A stretch of 64,000 nucleotides of DNA from NCBI GenBank assembly GCA_025786725.1, contig JAHLTZ010000014.1:496001-560000 (forward strand), given 5' to 3'. This document shows, one piece after another, positions 42,716 to 55,234 of this stretch. Within the stretch, counting starts at the first letter, position 1. Every line of letters begins with the position of its first letter. A program made the position numbers and the translations under genes. The notes under the pieces were generated by a model. That model had not been told where the DNA came from. It saw only the letters and a program-made list of their open reading frames with translations, and made no database searches. This DNA comes from Syncephalis fuscata S228. Taxonomy: Eukaryota; Fungi; Zoopagomycota.

Positions 42716-43796
42716 ATAAAGCTTTCTATTGCCGTCATTTGCACCGTCGTTGTGGTTTTGATAGTCACCACAACTATAGTGGATGCTAAGCCAAACCGAA
42801 TAAACTGTGGTATGTTGAAACTATAATAATTTGTTACTCATTTAACCAAATACCGTTTGTATCATCAAACTAATGCTACTAGATCGTTAGTAATACTGTA
42901 TTTTAATTAACTATAATCTAATCACATGCTATACATTGTGCTTAATTTTCAGAATACAATAATAGCCGGTAAGTAGTATTATACATTGATCAGTTATTCG
43001 CTAATCCAATGATATGCATCATGTGCTTTTGATAATTGAAACTAATAGGACGTAAGTGGAATTGCATATTGATCAACCATGCGCTAAACATATGCTATGT
43101 ATTACGTATGCCTAATAATTTGAATTAATAGGTTGTAAGTGGCACTTCATATCAATTAATTATGTATTAGATGCGCGCTATGTGCTTTGTATATTTAACA
43201 ATTTGTATTGATAGTTTGTAAGTATTGGTATATTAACTAGCTATATACTACTTATGTGCTATATTATCTATGTGTTCAATAACTTGTGCTAATAAATCGT
43301 AAATTTTATTGTATATCAAATACCTATTCAATAATTATGTACCATGCTATCTATGTGTTTACTGATTCGTGCTAATAACTTGTAAGTGGTATTTATATTA
43401 ATCAACTACATGTTAATTATATGCCACGTATTGTGTATATTTAATGCTTTAATAACCTGAAATTAACAGTTGGTAAGTGACATCAGATATTAACTAGTTA
43501 TACACTATTTATGTGCTATGCATTGTATGTGTTTACTAATTTGTGTTAATAGTGCGTAAGTGATAGTGTATATTAATTGAATATACGCTAATAGCATGTC
43601 ATGCACTATGTATACCTAATGACTTTTATTATTAGCTTGTAATTAATATTGTATACTAGCTAATCTATACACTAAACATATAATATTCACTGTATGCATT
43701 TGATGATTTATACTGATAGGCTGTAAGTAGCATTACATATTATTAATTTATACATTAATTACATGGTTTGCGTTGCGTATATTTATAAACATAGAA
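42716..43796 (+). CDS. Microexon gene for a 42-aa secreted peptide precursor (signal exon, eleven 3-nt exons, terminal exon); start codon reads ATA, so possibly a recent pseudogene
   Basis: Exon 1 is 42716-42809. 3-nt exons at 42883, 42966, 43049, 43132, 43215, 43296, 43379, 43470, 43553, 43636 and 43720; last exon from 43795. Spliced product: (M/I)KLSIAVICTVVVVLIVTTTIVDAKPNRINCDPGRFYPFVPC*. Confidence 0.8.
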
Positions 43797-44389
43797 CAAC
43801 GGAATCTCTCAAGACATTAGCATTGGTGATATAATTAAACTGCTGTTTAGATATATTTTAGATATACATTCAGCAACAAACAAGATTATTTGACAGCTAC
43901 CGTTTAGTCCACTCAAACATCAAGTCCTACCCAATGCCTTAGTCTATCCATTCTCACTCAATGGCACCATTGTATTACCAACAAGCCTATATTTAGTTGC
44001 TTATTTAGCTATGCAAACTCATAGTAATAAACACATGGTTCCATATTAATTAAATTTAATCAAGTTGCTATATCTACAATCACGTATCATTTATATTCAA
44101 TAAATAATAAATATTAGTCAAGTAGGGATATTAATAGCGGATACATGCAAGTATGATATATCGATTATCAACATAAATTTGCTTAATTTTAGTAATATTA
44201 TCATTCAAGTAACAATTTGATATTTAGATATTATGACTATACGTATTCGCAATGTAATCCATTATATTTATTTACCATTGTGCCGTAAATAGTAGTTAAA
44301 TTATTATCATCATACAGTCGGGATAATCTCATATTGGGATTAGCATAATAGCAGTCTTTAATTTCCAACAATTGAACAACACATTTTGC

Positions 44390-44735
44390 CGCTCTATTAA
44401 GACTGAAGCTTACTTTGCATCTCCCAGAGCAGTAAAGCTTTTTATAAATTGATCGTAAAGACTTGATTCAATTAATTGATTTGTATTTTAAACATTTAAG
44501 TAAATAATGTAACATACTATTTGATTTTTTGAAACATTTGAGGTCGATCATTGTTGTTGTTGGCCATGTGTAGAAAGATTGATCGAATATTAATAAAAGC
44601 CATATGATTGATTTCATGTCATTCGCATTTGTTGTTGTTGCATCTATGTACAGTGTGAGTTATTGCATCTGAATGGTCTGTTCTATTTTTCTAATATTCT
44701 ACTATTGTATTTTGGGCATATTTGTGATGTAAGAT
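44390..44735 (-). mobile_element. Fanzor1 3' remnant (Zn-finger/RuvC III region) with a structured 3' tail
   Basis: Minus strand reads LTSQICPKY..RPFRCNNSHC..MAFINIRSIFLHMANNNNDRPQMFQK with stops; homologous to 63556-63805; hairpins downstream. Confidence 0.7.
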
Positions 44736-45007
44736 CAGTATTAATATAACTATTATAAAAGTCGTTTATTAAACAGCCACTTTTCCTATAGCCACCCTGA
44801 CTAAGTAAATGGCATTTTGAACAATTAATCTTGGATGTGATATTATACATGTTATAGTGATGAATAGATGTTTAATTATATCTAAAATGTTAAGAAAAAG
44901 GAAGTGAAATGAATAAATAAAAAATATGCGAGTACAATAATTTTAATGATTTTTTTAAAAAAAGAAAAACAGCTCATTTAATTTTCTATTTTGTAACAAT
45001 TCATTCC

Positions 45008-47374
45008 ATGACTGAAAAGATAGTAACAGGTAAGTAATAAAGCTTAGAAGAAAGAAGATAAATTATATATTGGCTTGATCTGTCTGATGAGCATTCCATA
45101 TTATACTCGCTACATGAGATTAATTATACGCTTTAATGCATTTTATGTTAATAGAAGCCGTACCCTTGCGTCAGCGTCTGTACGTGAGCGGGCTAGTCCA
45201 CGATGTGAAGCCGGAAGATATTGAGCAGCGATTTAGGCCATTTGGTGTATTAGTGATCTCTCTATTTCCTACGATTCGACTGGCAGTAAGTTGACAAGTT
45301 GAGATCGCGTATTCCATACTTATGCAATTCAATTCTACAAGAATACTGTCGCGGCTTTGCCCACGCCACACTAGATACCACCGACAAGAACTGGCAACGA
45401 TGTAGGCGTCTAATAAAGTATTAAAGCGTATTTATTAATGAAAAGTATTTATTCAGGCGTTACTATGTTAAATGGCGCAAAATGGAAAGGTGCAAAATTA
45501 CGTATTGATAAAGCAAAAGATGACCATGTAAAACGGTAAGCAATATAAGTTAAATAAAATTAACAGTTAGCTCCCTCTCTCTCACACACAGAACGAAACT
45601 AATAGTCGAGAAACTGAATTGGAGAATATAAAAGCCAGGAACATAAACAGTTACGACAATTAAAACGAAAGGCAATGGTACGACACGCTGCCGATATGAG
45701 TTTAGTGACGGATCGTAATGTTGAAGCTCGACCCGGTTGGAAACGAGGTCGCTATGGCGTGCCGTTCGAGTAATGCGTGTTCGCAAGCCTGATGGTACTA
45801 TGCTCGTCTACGATCCTGGCATGTACAAAAATAATTTGGAGAAACTATTTGGTTCAGAAAGACCATTACCAGTACAGCAACTGACATGGTTCTATCCAAA
45901 ACAAGAGTCATTAGTAAATGAGAATAGATTTAGCCAAATAGTAGCTATTAAGGAAATAGAAACAGATAATGAGCAAATGGACATTCAAAAGCAGTTCATT
46001 GAACCACTAGATACACCATTAGACCTTTCTAATGAATTCAATGAGGAATCCAATGAGAATTCAATGATGAATCTGATAATGATGTTGAAATGGATGCTTC
46101 AGATCAAGTAAGTATTTATTAAACATATGTTAACTTAGTTACTAATGTTATATATTAAAGAGTCAATTAGATACGAGTAGTGATCAAGAATTGGATTTAG
46201 TATCTATAGAAGCTGATCATCATGTTGAAGATGAACAACCAGCTCATTTACACCGTCTATTGCAGCTGATACGCCAGATATTACAGAAGAAAAGAATCGA
46301 TCATTAAATATATTAAATGCAATGTTTGGCGGATCTAATTCTACAATTTCAAATACAACAGCACCCACACCATCACAGGACATTAATACGAATCAAATCA
46401 ACAATAATAGTATTAATAATAATGATTATCAATATAATCGATTTATGTGGCGTGATATGACACAATTTGATCCAGATAATCCAGATTCTCTAGATTTACT
46501 CATTCATCCCGATGTCCCTATTATAGCACACCCTCTGATGAAGGTATTTATCTTTTATTTATATACATTGATATAATAACAAGGACAACTATGTATTTAG
46601 AGGAACAAGAAGAAGTCAAGGTGTCTAGTATTCAAGAATCAGCCATGCCGGAAGTAGGCGATGACAAACACTTTACAGTAAAGGGCGATTTGAAATCAAT
46701 GTTTAAATCAGCAGCTACACTGTCTAGCGCTTTAATAAACAGTAAGTCAATAACACTATTATTCAGTATAGCTTAACATTAATGAATAACAGCTCAAGAA
46801 GGTAATAAGCAACCATTTATGTTATTTGGTCAACAAGCAAATGAATTGGAAGAAGAAGAAGAAGAAGAAGGTGACAATGGATTCAACTTTGACTTTTCAG
46901 CCATGATTGTAAGTATTCATCATCTATTGATACGACCTCGTTATTAATCATTATATTCATGTAGCCCACAACACATGTGTCAACAAAGTCAATCGACAGA
47001 CAAACTACGGATACTTCTTTGCCAGCAACCTTCTTTTTTGCTCATTTCGATCAACCATCATTATTAAGACGGTAAGCTTAATTAACTAGAATAATACAAA
47101 TATTTATTTTTATAACACACACAATATATATATAGATCGGTCTATCGAGAGCAGAATATATTTGTGCGCACTGGTACTATGTAAGTCCATTTATCTACAC
47201 AGTGTAAATGGTATTAATTATACTATTACAATATCTATTAGTGAAAATGTAACGAAGAATTGGGAGAATATGCGACAGAATCTGACCCGTGACTTTAAAC
47301 AACGACATAAACATGCAGTCCGTCTTCATAAACGACAACAACGAGGATCACGTCGAGTAGATACGAGAGACTAA
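45008..47374 (+). CDS. NOL8/Nop8-like nucleolar RRM protein, multi-exon
   Basis: QRLYVSGLVHDVKPEDIEQRFRPFG, MLNGAKWKGAKLRIDKAK, acidic middle region, C-terminal WENMRQNLTRDFKQRHKHAVR. Confidence 0.75.
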
Positions 47375-47538
47375 GCGTATACACATATACACATATCTAT
47401 ATATCTATATTATATAGATATAGATATAATAAAACTAATTAAGCTGTGGCTATCATTGCACACTTTACTATAATGATGATGCTGATTATTATTACTACTA
47501 CTACTATTATTATTAAGTAATGCTATCTATTGTCAATT

Positions 47539-49490
47539 TTAATGAGTTGATTCGTGAGCCCATAGTTTAAACGTGCGATCAAAACCAGTAGATGCAATAA
47601 ATTTAGTATCTAATGTAATGACCAATATTAATAACGTTATTACTATTGTCTTCATTGCTATTTACCTTGTCCAATGGCTACACTCGTTACACGTCCTTCA
47701 TGTCCCACTAAAGTTTTCTGTAAACGCCAATCACCAGCTGACCATAGTTTAACTGTTCCATCATAGGATGATGATGCCAGAAACAGTCCCGAGTGTCCAC
47801 CTGATTGATATGGTTCTTGAGTATGATAGAATTTCACATCCGATACGAGTGATGTATGAGCAGCTACTGTATAAATAGATTGTAATTTACGCACATCAAA
47901 CACTTTAATTGAATGATCACCACTACCCGTTACAATTTGATGTCTATTCAATAATATTAATAACATGATTAATAGCCCCATTAATACTTACCCATTGGGT
48001 GACCATGCAATTCCCAGTACTTCTTTGACGTGTCCTTCAAGCACCATAACGGATCGACCCGTTCTTAAATCCCATACTCTACCCATGGCATCCAGACCTC
48101 TAATATACATAGTTATTAATTTTACTGGTGATTTATAGTCTGGTTGGTTAATCAGTTACCCGGTGGCTACTAAGGCACCATCTTCTTGGAAGTCAATAGC
48201 ATATACTTCGTGCGAATGACCCTCTTGTAGGAGTAGCTCATCGCCTCGTTCAACATCCCAGAGACGCCATGTAGTATCGAAACTAGCTGAGCCAAGAAAT
48301 CTACCTGAAGGATGATAAGCCACTCGACACACGCGATGGGAGTGACCTTGTAGTGTACGCAGTGGCTTCTCCCCTTCCAGTGACCATAGATGAATAGTGC
48401 CATCGGCGCTGCCTGATGCCAAGTTGGCGCTACTTGCTTCAAGTTGACGGGTAGCATAGGGATGAAATGCCACCGATACTGCTCTATCTGTATGACCACG
48501 ATACGTTTGTAGCGATGTACATAGCGGTACTTGCCATAGTTTACACAGGCCCGTCCATCCAGCTGTGGCTAATAACGAACCATCTGGCGATAGTGCACAC
48601 TGAGCCACTGTTCTATCATCGCCTACTTGTGAACTGTAATTGACATATTCCTATTATAATCTATAAGTACTGGTTTCTTATTATATTGTTGATAGGTCTA
48701 TTTACCTGAATGTGTTTAAAAAAATCATGTCGCGTTGTCTTCAATTGGCGCAATGGTAATTCATAGGCCTGTCGTAGTTGGTCCATTCGATCGCGAGCAC
48801 TAGTATTAACTAGTTAGATCCTAGTAGTTATAACCATATATAACCTACCGAGGTAGCGAATATTTGGCTATCCATTGACGCGCTTTTAATAGTGCAGCTG
48901 ATCCTTCAGTATAGAATTCTTCACGTTCATCTTCATCCATAGCCGCTGTATCATCAGCTTCAGGTTCCAGAATAATATCTTCTTGACGAGACATGATATC
49001 ACGAAGACGATCTCTTCGTTCTGCCGGCTATTCTCATTCAGTATTAATCATATTAATTATTATTATTAGGCTCTTATATACTTACACCTTCTGCAAATAG
49101 ACAAATAGGCTGGCCCAATTCACGTAACTGTGCTTTAACGCGTGCATCGTCGGTTGGAACGGCCAATTTACGAGCACGTTCCCGTTGATCAAAATGCCTC
49201 ATTAGATCACTTTGTTCTAAACGGGCCCGTTGTGAAGATTCCGGTAGATCCTCATACAGACTATCTTCGGCTATTGGTTACAAGTTAGTTAAATACACGC
49301 GTTAATATAAGCTATACTTGCGCAAATTCTCCAAATGAACGCCATTGCTTTCATCGTCACTCTACAAGTATTGCTTAGTATAATTACTACCAATGTTATA
49401 GGTAAATACCAAAATATTTGACTCAGTTAGACGAACCCGTTTAGATTCACGTTCTAACGCAGCATTTCCAGTATTCGTCGGACTTGCCAT
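47539..49490 (-). CDS. PRP4: U4/U6 snRNP protein Prp4 (SFM domain + WD40), multi-exon
   Basis: [86 protein letters not shown]. Confidence 0.93.
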
Positions 49491-50203
49491 CGTGTTAAAT
49501 AAGATAGGAAAGTAAAAAAAAAACACTGGCCAATATAAAATAAAATATGGTTAAAAGATTCGTTAATTAATATTTCCAATATTAGAACATTAATTAATCA
49601 AATGAGTCTAATTAGTTGCTTAATGATTTGATACTGAGTCGATAAATCAAATCTATTTTAATAGACATCTATTATTATCACAACCATCGTTGCCATCCAT
49701 TCTTGGCATTAGTACTTTGATCCAAGGATAATCGTTCGGTCGATCAATTAGTGCCATGGATGGGTTACCATTTAATACAGTATAATTAGTGTTTAATTAT
49801 AGACATTTATTAACAAGGATGCCCATGACTTCTTTATTAAGCAAGATGAAAGGCATTATTTATTGTCCACTCATACGTTGACACACACACACACACACAT
49901 TTATACTATACGCACAGGACAGCACAACACAAATAACTACTTCTTTTTTGTTCATCCCTTCCATACACACAATACACATAGTCGCGTCAACTGGATATTA
50001 GGCACTGACTCGTATTCATTATTGTTACTATCGTTGGTACTCTTGCTACATTCTACTATTCTTAGTATATACTAGGAGAGTAGCATTATTGGTGACTAGG
50101 TATTCAGGTCGTTGATACACTGAACTACAGTATATACTAGTCGTATATCGCCCTTTGAATACCGACGCGTCTCAAGAAGTTAAGCTTAGGCTTCTTTGTT
50201 TCA

Positions 50204-53108
50204 ATGACAAGTGCTAAGGCCACAACGGCAGATCCACTGCCGCCAGAGAAGAAGGAAAATAAAGTAAGTATAGATATAATATAGAATCTTGTCTAATAAT
50301 AAATAGCCAACGGTAGTTATTTCATCCAGGTTCACTAGCAAGGATTATTTGACACTTGCTATTGTTACGGCTCTAGCCTTTTTAACACGCTTTTACAAGC
50401 TATCTGTACCCGATGAAGTAGTGTAAGTAGTAGCAGTTATGTTAATAGACGTATCTAATACTGATGATATACTATTTATTGCGGTATGCTAATAGATTTG
50501 ATGAAGTCCATTTTGGCAAATTCGCCTCTTATTATTTAAGGGGTACTTATTTCTTCGATGTACATCCACCACTTGGTAAAATGCTACTTGCTGCAGTTGG
50601 CTGGTTGGCCGGATATGATGGTGCTTTCTTGTTTGACAATATTGGTGACAACTACATAGCCAATAATGTGCCATATCTGGCCTATCGTAGTTATACCGCT
50701 GCTTGTGGTGCTTTGGTCATTCCTGTATGTTTTGGTATTATGCGAGAAAGTGGCTACAGTCTGCTATCTACCTTGATGGTGGCTATATTGCTGGCATTTG
50801 GTAAGCATAAGTGAATTGATGTGTATGGCTATTGTATTTAATATTTACACTGTATATACCGTATATACTATAGATAATGCACTTATTACACAATCTCGTT
50901 TAATCTTGCTTGATTCTATGTTGATGCTATTTATAACTGTATCTATTTACTGTTATATTCGCTTCTACAAGCAACGTCACGCGTAAGTAGATTGTAGTAT
51001 AGACTAACTATAGTGTACTAATAGCAATTCAATATAGACCATTCACCAGAACGTGGTGGTTCTGGATGGTGGCCACTGGCGTCAGTCTTGGCTTGACAAC
51101 GAGGTAGGTTGTTAAGGATTAGTCAATTGGATTGTATATTGAGTTGATTGTATATTATAGTGTGAAGATGGTAGGATTGTTTGTAGTGATACTTGTTGGT
51201 CTATGTGTGATATGGGATTTGTGGAATAAGCTTGATTATCGTCAAGGATTAACCATGGTAAGTTAATGAATATACTATAATTAATAGTTAATGTAATGGC
51301 TAATGTCGTATTTGTATGTTTATTAGCGTCAATGGACACGACATTTCTTTGCACGAGTTATTGGTTTAATCTATGTGCCAATGCTTGTATATTTGTTTAC
51401 ATTTTACATCCATTTCATGGTACTTAACAAAAGCGGTCCAGGCGATGACTTTATGAGCAAGGCATTCCAACGTACACTTATTGGCAGCACAATATTGAAA
51501 CACTCGCACTGTAGGTCAATTAATTAACGGTTTATTTAATTTAATCTAATTTGATATGGCGCAATTAGCCATTCGAGATAATGATGTCATTAGACTACAA
51601 AACAACGAAAATCCTGGATTTTTACACTCTCATTTCCATAACTATCCTTTACGTTATGATGATGGTCGAGTTAGTACTCAAGGTAAGTTGACTGTTATAT
51701 AATAATACAAATATAAATATTAATAGCAATGTTAATTGATTATTATAGGTCAACAGATAAATACCTATCAATTCGCTGATAACAATAACGAATGGCGCAT
51801 TCGACTGGCCTATCGTACTCCAGAAGAGCTTAGAATGTTCCGTGCTCCACCCAACAAGTCACTACCACCATGGCGCTACTTACCACGGCCTATACGCCAC
51901 GGTGATGTTATTCAATTTGATCATATAGTTACGAATAGAACCATTATTACCCATGATGTGGCCTCTCCATTGACCACTACGAATACAGAAATTACAGCAG
52001 TTGATTTGGGCGACCCAGCACAGGCCCATCGTCTTAAAGACTCGCTATTTACCATTGAGATTGATGATGGCGAGGATGCAAAGACTAGCAAGACTGGATA
52101 TGCTACGCCTTGGAAATCACACGATCAATTAGTGCGTTTTGTTCAAGTAGAATGGGTGTTACATTGAACTCGCATTTGGGCAAGTTACCTGATTGGGGAT
52201 TCCAGCAATACGAAGTCAACGGCGCCAAGATAAAGACCGCACGAGGCAGTGCATGGACTGCTCGAGACATTATTGGTCAAGTTAGTAAGTGGCAGCCATA
52301 TTTATATTTAAACATTCTATTAACATAGAGCGATAGCTGTTGGCAAGAAGAAGGAACGTAAGCCAGCCGAGTTACCATTTATGGCCAAGTTTATTGAATT
52401 GCAGTCGGCTATGATTATCCATAATGCCGGTCTAACTGAAAAGCATCCTTATCAGTCAGCAGCACATACATGGCCACTTGTTTTGAATGGTATTAGTTTC
52501 TGGACTAAGAATGAAACAAAACAGCAAATCTACCTATTGGCTAATCCATTTGGATGGTGGTTAAGTGATTTGGCCATATTTATCTATCCAGTATTAGTCT
52601 TGGCCGATCTGTTGGTTAATCAACGTGGCCTAGCGGCAATCGATGAACGTAAGTACTAATACAGCTACTATAGCCATATATTTTAGTTACTAACGATAAT
52701 TATAGCGGTACGAGGTCGCTTCTATCGATCTGGTGGCTATTTAGTACTGGCTTGGGTATTTCACTATATTCCATTCTTCCTTATGGGTCGCTCACTATTC
52801 TTGCATCATTATTTACCAGCCTGTATTGTTGGCTATATGATCATTGGTATTATTCATCAATTTGTCGGTATTGACGGCATTGATCAGCTGTACAAAGTGG
52901 TGCCCAAGGGCACTGCTCCCTCAAAGGTGACATTCCAGCGAGGTACACCAAATATAATAGCTTGGATAGTGCTGCGGTTATTATCACGGTTCATCTCGGC
53001 TGTTTCTGGTATTTCAGAGCACAGACTTATGGTGATCTACCATTGACACAAGATGAATGGACGGCACGTAAATGGCTATCAGGTTGGAATTTCCATTTTG
53101 CACGCTAA
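50204..53108 (+). CDS. PMT4: Dolichyl-phosphate-mannose:protein O-mannosyltransferase, PMT4 subfamily, multi-exon
   Basis: PDEVVFDEVHFGKFASYYL..YFFDVHPPLGKML, ITQSRLILLD, LHSH..YPLRYDDGRVSTQGQQ (PMT4-type MIR region), MGRSLFLHHYLPA. Start uncertain; two apparent frameshifts. Confidence 0.9.
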
Positions 53109-53269
53109 CCATCATAGCAAAAATAGCAATACAGTAGCAGTAGTAGTAACAGAGGCAATGTTAATCTAATAAAAAGATTTGCATTTAAGTGTGTGTCTAT
53201 TGGTAATTAATTCACATTGTTGCAAATGTATTTATTAACAATAAAACAATTGGTGTTTATTATATTCAG

Positions 53270-55234
53270 CTATTTAATCGATACAGGATGTAAAGGTAGG
53301 AATCCGACAGTAAATCCTGGAAATCCTACACGACGAGAAGGCGGCAATGCACGTGAGCTGGCATCCAATGCTTCGGTTAGAGCATCACACCATTTTGTAT
53401 GCAGTGTCATTGTTTCAACTTGCTTATTTGTCTCCCAATTTGTTAATAATCTAAGTAGTATAAGTAAATAAGAATCGATAAAAGATAAATACTTACGATT
53501 TAGATGTCACATTCGATGCGGTATTTAATGATATTTTACAATACAATAACTTGATCACTAAGTACAATGTAAATGTTTTATTTGTTAATGGTATAACACT
53601 ACACTTACCTTCCCAATATTTAGGCAAATGATTTGTTGATTCAGAATCAGCCATGGCTAATTGTAACGTATTTGTTAATAGTTGAGTGGACCAATTTAAG
53701 ACCCAAATCTATTATTACTATTATTACCATGTTCATGATTGTTATTTATAAACTTGTATTACTTGCCATAAGACGTGTTTGTTTTGTTGTTTGCTCTTGT
53801 ACTAATATACGATAACCAGCATGTGCTCTGCCCAACTCAACTAAATCTACGGCAAAATAACGAATAAATGATATTGGTGGTATCCTGTTATTTTCATTGG
53901 CCATCTTGTTTTGTGTAGATAAAGCCCATTTATCCAACTTGGCTTCTATAATATCATCTATCGTATAATTGAATAAATAGCACTAATATGCTACAAGTTA
54001 CCTACCATTATCCAATCTTACGTGTCCTAAAGGTGATTTACATGCACAACACTCTAATAATGACCACCAATGTGTATTGGCGTTATTCGTATCCTAGTAT
54101 TCAATCATGTCAGTACTATACATTGCTGTATCGATTATAACACCGCCATAGTGATATTATATGAATAGAATGATAATGTTGACAAACCAAGTAGCCAATA
54201 TAAAGACTTAATCTATATTGGGTGTTCTGTAATTGCTTGTCTACTAATTGTATATTATACCGAATTTAATGGTAACAATCATTATAATAACAATGGCGAC
54301 ACGGGTAATACCTTTAAATAAAGGTTAACCAACGTGTTATTGCCATTACCATTATAATTATCATTATCAATATAAACGATATTACAATTATGTTTAATAT
54401 TGGACTTGAGTATCGACCATAAATATAAATGAATCCATTATATCTACTGGCACGCCAATTCTAATGACGCGGGCCTTCTTTAAGTCCGAGTATAACATTA
54501 TCTTTATAGATATAAAACTAATGCCAATATGGTATCTCTTTCTCTCTCTCTTTCTCTTATTGTATGTAACTTACTTTCACTACTTTTAATTTATCCAGAC
54601 ATAATTGGCTTGGATGAACAAATAATCGAGATGCGGATACAAGCAATTGGTCACTGCGTGTCTTTAAAAGCTCCTCGGCCTTTGGTACAATCTTGTATTC
54701 TTCTCGGTGACAAATCCAGAAATCAACCATTTCCCGCCAATAATCCGATGGCATATCAAGAACACGTTCAAATCCTTGTCCATTAGTAGTGACAACACAT
54801 TGATTGCATTCAATACAATGAACACTTATGATATCGCGATATATGCTTGCTGGCATTAGTGATGCTGTCGTTGCATCCAATGATATTGGTCCTTGCCATG
54901 GTATTTTAATATGAACATGATCATCCGTTTGTTGTTGTGTTCTACGTGATATATCGACTACACCTTTAGGTAATGGAACAACAATAATCCGCTGTTGCTG
55001 ATTTGAATCAGATACAGCCAATGTAGCAGTATAATCAATAGCGTTCAGTGTTATACTGCCATTGAATGAGAATGCCGTTGGATTATTGGCACCAAAGACG
55101 GTCAAGTCTACCAATTGAATATTGGGCAGTAATTCAACTGTATAGTATATAGTAGACGATGTTGCCAATGGCTCATCTAAACAAAGACAAGAAGATATAG
55201 GCGAGGAAGGTATTGGCGTATCAGTCGTGGTCAT
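53270..55234 (-). CDS. HECT_2 / UBE3D (Ipa1-like) protein, multi-exon
   Basis: IYYTVELLPNI, VHCIECNQ, RVLDMPSDYWREMVDFWICH, C-terminal ALPPSRRVGFPGFTVGFL. Confidence 0.8.

Noticed and set aside
42953-42968. 16-nt version of microexon 2 using the upstream CAG at 42950-42952
   Set aside because: It would break the frame and the 80-nt intron periodicity; the TAG at 42963-42965 fits the array.
3600-53000. Frameshifts in many genes (LisH-WD40, WNK, NOL8-like, PMT4, secreted proteins) as programmed frameshifting or mass pseudogenisation
   Set aside because: They are scattered 1-nt shifts in otherwise intact conserved genes with no common slippery motif; sequencing or assembly indels are the simpler explanation.
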